Source: a virus
Length of the DNA stretch: 64,000 bases
Strand: one strand, 5' to 3'
IMG/VR virus record: IMGVR_UViG_3300031539_000004
Location: 32,001-96,000 of that record
Part shown: positions 61,330 to 64,000 of the stretch, one piece after another
Numbering within the stretch: position 1 is the first letter of the stretch
How the letters are laid out: the number at the start of each line of letters is the position of its first letter
Translations under genes and position numbers: made by a program
Notes under the pieces: model-generated
The model's database searches: none
Told to the model about the DNA's origin: nothing
Seen by the model: the letters and a program-made list of their open reading frames with translations, nothing else

Positions 61330-62112
61330 TCAGGCGTCGCTGGCGTCCTCGGGATCGCCCTCGGGCCGGCCCGGCCACAGGTCGGCGTAGGGGTGAGCGT
61401 CGCCCACGATCAACGCCTCGCCCTCGCACACGCCCGTCAGCGTGAGATCGACGTGCTCCCACGTCCACCACCCGCCGCACCGGTCGCAGCCCGCACCAGC
61501 GCCGTCAGGGGCCTCTCGCAGGTCATGGCGCAAGGCGTCCAGCAGCGCCACGAACTCGGCGTGGCTGTCGACCCGCAGCCCCGGGTGGTCGCCGTTGTAC
61601 GGCTGAGTGAACAGGACCGGCACCGTCTCGCCCATCGCCTCGAGCGCCTCGTAGTTGTCGACCGAGTCCTCGAGGAACACGTCGGTCTCGACCGCACCCT
61701 TGTCGTGGCTCACCGTCACCGAGTCGAACGGGACCCCGAGCTCGCCGAGCCAAGCGAACGTCGACCGCCTGGCCGTCGCCTCCACCGTCGGGACGTTGCG
61801 CGACGTGACGAGGTGCAGCTCGTCGCCCGCCGAGGTGATCGCCAGCATCGCTTCCACCGCGCCCTCGATCGCCGGCGACGGCCCGAAGATCACGCCCGCC
61901 TCGATCCCGGCGACGAACTCGGCCATCCACTCCTCGGTCGTGAGGCCCCAGTCCTCCCGGTGGAACGACCAGACCGTCGGCTCGCCGAGCTCGGCCCGGT
62001 CATGGCCTCGGGAGACAAGCCAGTCGCGGAACCGGTCCACGAACGGGTAGAGCACCCCGTCTACGTCCATCCCCACCCTGAGCTTGTGACGCAGCTCATC
62101 CCCACCCGCCAT
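61330..62112 (-). CDS. HAD-family 5'(3')-deoxyribonucleotidase (NT5C-like)
   Basis: GMDVDGVL, LVTSR, DVFLEDSVDN, FTQPYN. Confidence 0.9.
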   Translation of the reverse strand: MAGGDELRHKLRVGMDVDGVLYPFVDRFRDWLVSRGHDRAELGEPTVWSFHREDWGLTTEEWMAEFVAGIEAGVIFGPSPAIEGAVEAMLAITSAGDELHLVTSRNVPTVEATARRSTFAWLGELGVPFDSVTVSHDKGAVETDVFLEDSVDNYEALEAMGETVPVLFTQPYNGDHPGLRVDSHAEFVALLDALRHDLREAPDGAGAGCDRCGGWWTWEHVDLTLTGVCEGEALIVGDAHPYADLWPGRPEGDPEDASDA

Positions 62113-62189
62113 GCCAACCGAGCGTAGGCGCGCAACGACCCCGGGGTTCCGCGAAGGAACCACCGGGGCCGCCGCAACTGACCGCCAGG

Positions 62190-63041
62190 TCAGAGCTTGA
62201 TACCGGGCTGCGGCGTGCCGTGGAAGGCCGTCATCTCGGTGGCTTCCTCGATCGCCGTCACGATGTCACCGAACGCTGACCGGAGCACCTCGCGGGGCCG
62301 GACCATCGCGTACCCGATCTGCAGCCGGCCCTCTCGGATCCGGTAGCGGAGCTGGCAGGTGACCCGGTACCGGTCGCTGCCCTCGTAGGGCGCGACCCCG
62401 ATCACGAACTCCTTCGGGATCGTGATGTCGCCCTTCTGGCCGGCCTTCGCCACGGTGGTCTCGTCGTACATGAGCTTCCGCTCGCCCGACTGGAGGACGA
62501 TCGCCTCCTTGAACGCGACCGCCGTGTTGGCTTCGAAGGTGCGTGCCAGCTCCACCATCGTCGCCGCCTCGGGTTCCACGATCTCGAGCTGGCCGAGCTC
62601 GAGGTGCTCGGCGAACTCCTGCTGGCCCATGAGACCCCCGTCCTTGGCGGTCCAGCGGTCCCACTCGGGAGTGTGGCGCAGAGCGAGCGTCGCCGTGTGG
62701 TCATGCCACCCGGCGGTCTCCCCCTCGGGGACGTGCCCGTTGAGGACACCGATGACCTTCGACGCCTCGATGTTGGCGAAGAGCGCCGACCCGGGGCCGG
62801 CGTGCTCGTTGACGTACCTGCTCAGCGAGTCGTGGGTGTAGAAGATCGCCGGGCCGGTCTTGCGTGGCGGGGCGGCGGCCAGGCCGAGGGTGTTGACCAG
62901 CTCGGTGCGGCCGTTCGCGACGACCATGAACACCTCGCCCGGTTCGACCTTGCGGGGGGCGACGGCCTTCTGTGCCTGCTCGATGATGGCCGCGGCGTCG
63001 CCTGCGGTGGCCTCGAGGATGTTCGTCGTCGGATCGCTCAC
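62190..63041 (-). CDS. DUF2303 (YfdQ-like) protein
   Basis: FYTHDSLSRYVNEH...GWHDHTATL..TPEWDRW...MGQQEFAEHLE. Confidence 0.85.
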   Translation of the reverse strand: MSDPTTNILEATAGDAAAIIEQAQKAVAPRKVEPGEVFMVVANGRTELVNTLGLAAAPPRKTGPAIFYTHDSLSRYVNEHAGPGSALFANIEASKVIGVLNGHVPEGETAGWHDHTATLALRHTPEWDRWTAKDGGLMGQQEFAEHLELGQLEIVEPEAATMVELARTFEANTAVAFKEAIVLQSGERKLMYDETTVAKAGQKGDITIPKEFVIGVAPYEGSDRYRVTCQLRYRIREGRLQIGYAMVRPREVLRSAFGDIVTAIEEATEMTAFHGTPQPGIKL

Positions 63042-63412
63042 GATCCCACCTCCCTGATCTCCCCGGTCTCGGGGTCGACTTCCTTGTCTGGCGGCGGCGT
63101 GCTCACGTCACGGAGCGGCAGCCGGGGTTGCATCGGGTTGTCGCGGGAGAGGTTGCAGTCCTCGTCCACGAAGTAGAGCGACGGGTCGCGGTCGGCCTCG
63201 GGGAGCGTGACGGCGATCTTGTCCTTCACGATCACCATCTGCCCTTCGGGCTTCACCGAGATCGTGAGCGTCATCTTCCCGCTCTTGCCGGTGTCGGTCA
63301 CCGCCTCGAGCAACGCGTTGAGCGCGTCGCCGAGCTCGAGGTGCGTCAGCCCGTTGCGCTGATCGGCCAGGAAGTCGGCGAATGGCCGAACCTGGCGGTC
63401 GGATTCTGGCAT
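63038..63412 (-). CDS. YfdP-like partner of DUF2303
   Basis: LLEAVTDTGKSGKMTLTISVKP...YFVDEDCNLSRDNPMQPRL. Confidence 0.75.
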   Translation of the reverse strand: MPESDRQVRPFADFLADQRNGLTHLELGDALNALLEAVTDTGKSGKMTLTISVKPEGQMVIVKDKIAVTLPEADRDPSLYFVDEDCNLSRDNPMQPRLPLRDVSTPPPDKEVDPETGEIREVGS

Positions 63413-63446
63413 GGTGGGTCCTCCTCTTTCTGTGGTTGTGGTGAGG

Positions 63447-63998
63447 TCAGGCCGGGTGGTGGACGAACTGGTCGATCATCGCCGCGTAGGCGCGCCACTC
63501 GGCGAGGTGCATGCGGGCGTCGTCCAGGCCCCGGTGGTTCTTGAGGTCGCCGTCGCCCGACTCGGGGACGAGGTCGCCTCGCCCGGCGAGCCACAGGCCG
63601 CGGCGGATGACGCCCACGTCGAGGTGCGGGTACTGGAGCCACGCCTCGAGGGTGGGCATCTGACGGTGAACGAACCGGCGATCGAAGTGCGAGACGCCCG
63701 AGCCGGCCAGCAGCACCCGGTGAGGCTTCGCCCCGTTCGGCACGAGGACCGATTCGATGAGCATCGCCTCTACCTCGACCAGCGAGAGCGGCGACCGCTC
63801 GACCGCCTCGAGCAGACCGTTCCCGGTGTGCATTTCGAGCACGAAGTCGTTCATCAGGTGAGCGACCGTCGCCGGGTAGTGGACGACCCCGCTGAACTCG
63901 GAGAGCGTTTCGAACGGCGGGTCGACCCCGGTGAGGATCGATCCGACTTCAAGGATCTTGTCCTCGGCCTCGTCGGTGCCGGTGGTCTCCAGGTCAAA
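63447..63998 (-). CDS. orn: Oligoribonuclease (DEDDh), 5' truncated by window edge
   Basis: FDLETTG, MHTGNGLL, LAGSGVSHFDRRF, HRGLDD. Confidence 0.88.
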   Translation of the reverse strand, partial: FDLETTGTDEAEDKILEVGSILTGVDPPFETLSEFSGVVHYPATVAHLMNDFVLEMHTGNGLLEAVERSPLSLVEVEAMLIESVLVPNGAKPHRVLLAGSGVSHFDRRFVHRQMPTLEAWLQYPHLDVGVIRRGLWLAGRGDLVPESGDGDLKNHRGLDDARMHLAEWRAYAAMIDQFVHHPA

Positions 63999-64000
63999 CC

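Overview
High-GC (roughly 70%) tailed-phage or prophage DNA, most likely infecting an actinobacterium (inferred from GC, leaderless TANNNT promoters and gene families). No integrase, portal, capsid or tail genes are in the window. The + strand arm (1-36.3 kb) carries recombination/replication genes (SSAP fragment, HIRAN, SSB, HTH replication initiator with iterons, DnaB-like helicase, UvrD-like helicase), HNH/VRR-NUC nucleases, cell-wall enzymes (transglycosylase, M23 peptidase), DNA methyltransferases, many small ORFs and the terminase pair. A 3.5-kb gene-free tract of short phased repeats (36.5-40.0 kb) separates it from a - strand arm (40-64 kb) of small ORFs, a RecB-like nuclease, C5 methyltransferase, DUF5131, nucleotidase, DUF2303 pair and oligoribonuclease. 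Top candidates for new biology: (1) a ~1.87-kb apparently non-coding, heavily base-paired - strand transcription unit (61206->59340) with its own promoter, terminator, GNRA tetraloops, a perfect 29-bp inverted repeat and an embedded class II tRNA-like module; (2) a window-wide regulon of 20 GTAG-N9-CTAC palindromes sitting on sigma70-type promoters of mostly leaderless gene cassettes; (3) a second motif (TGACCAGCG) shared by those promoters and the repeat tract. All calls are by eye; no database searches were run.
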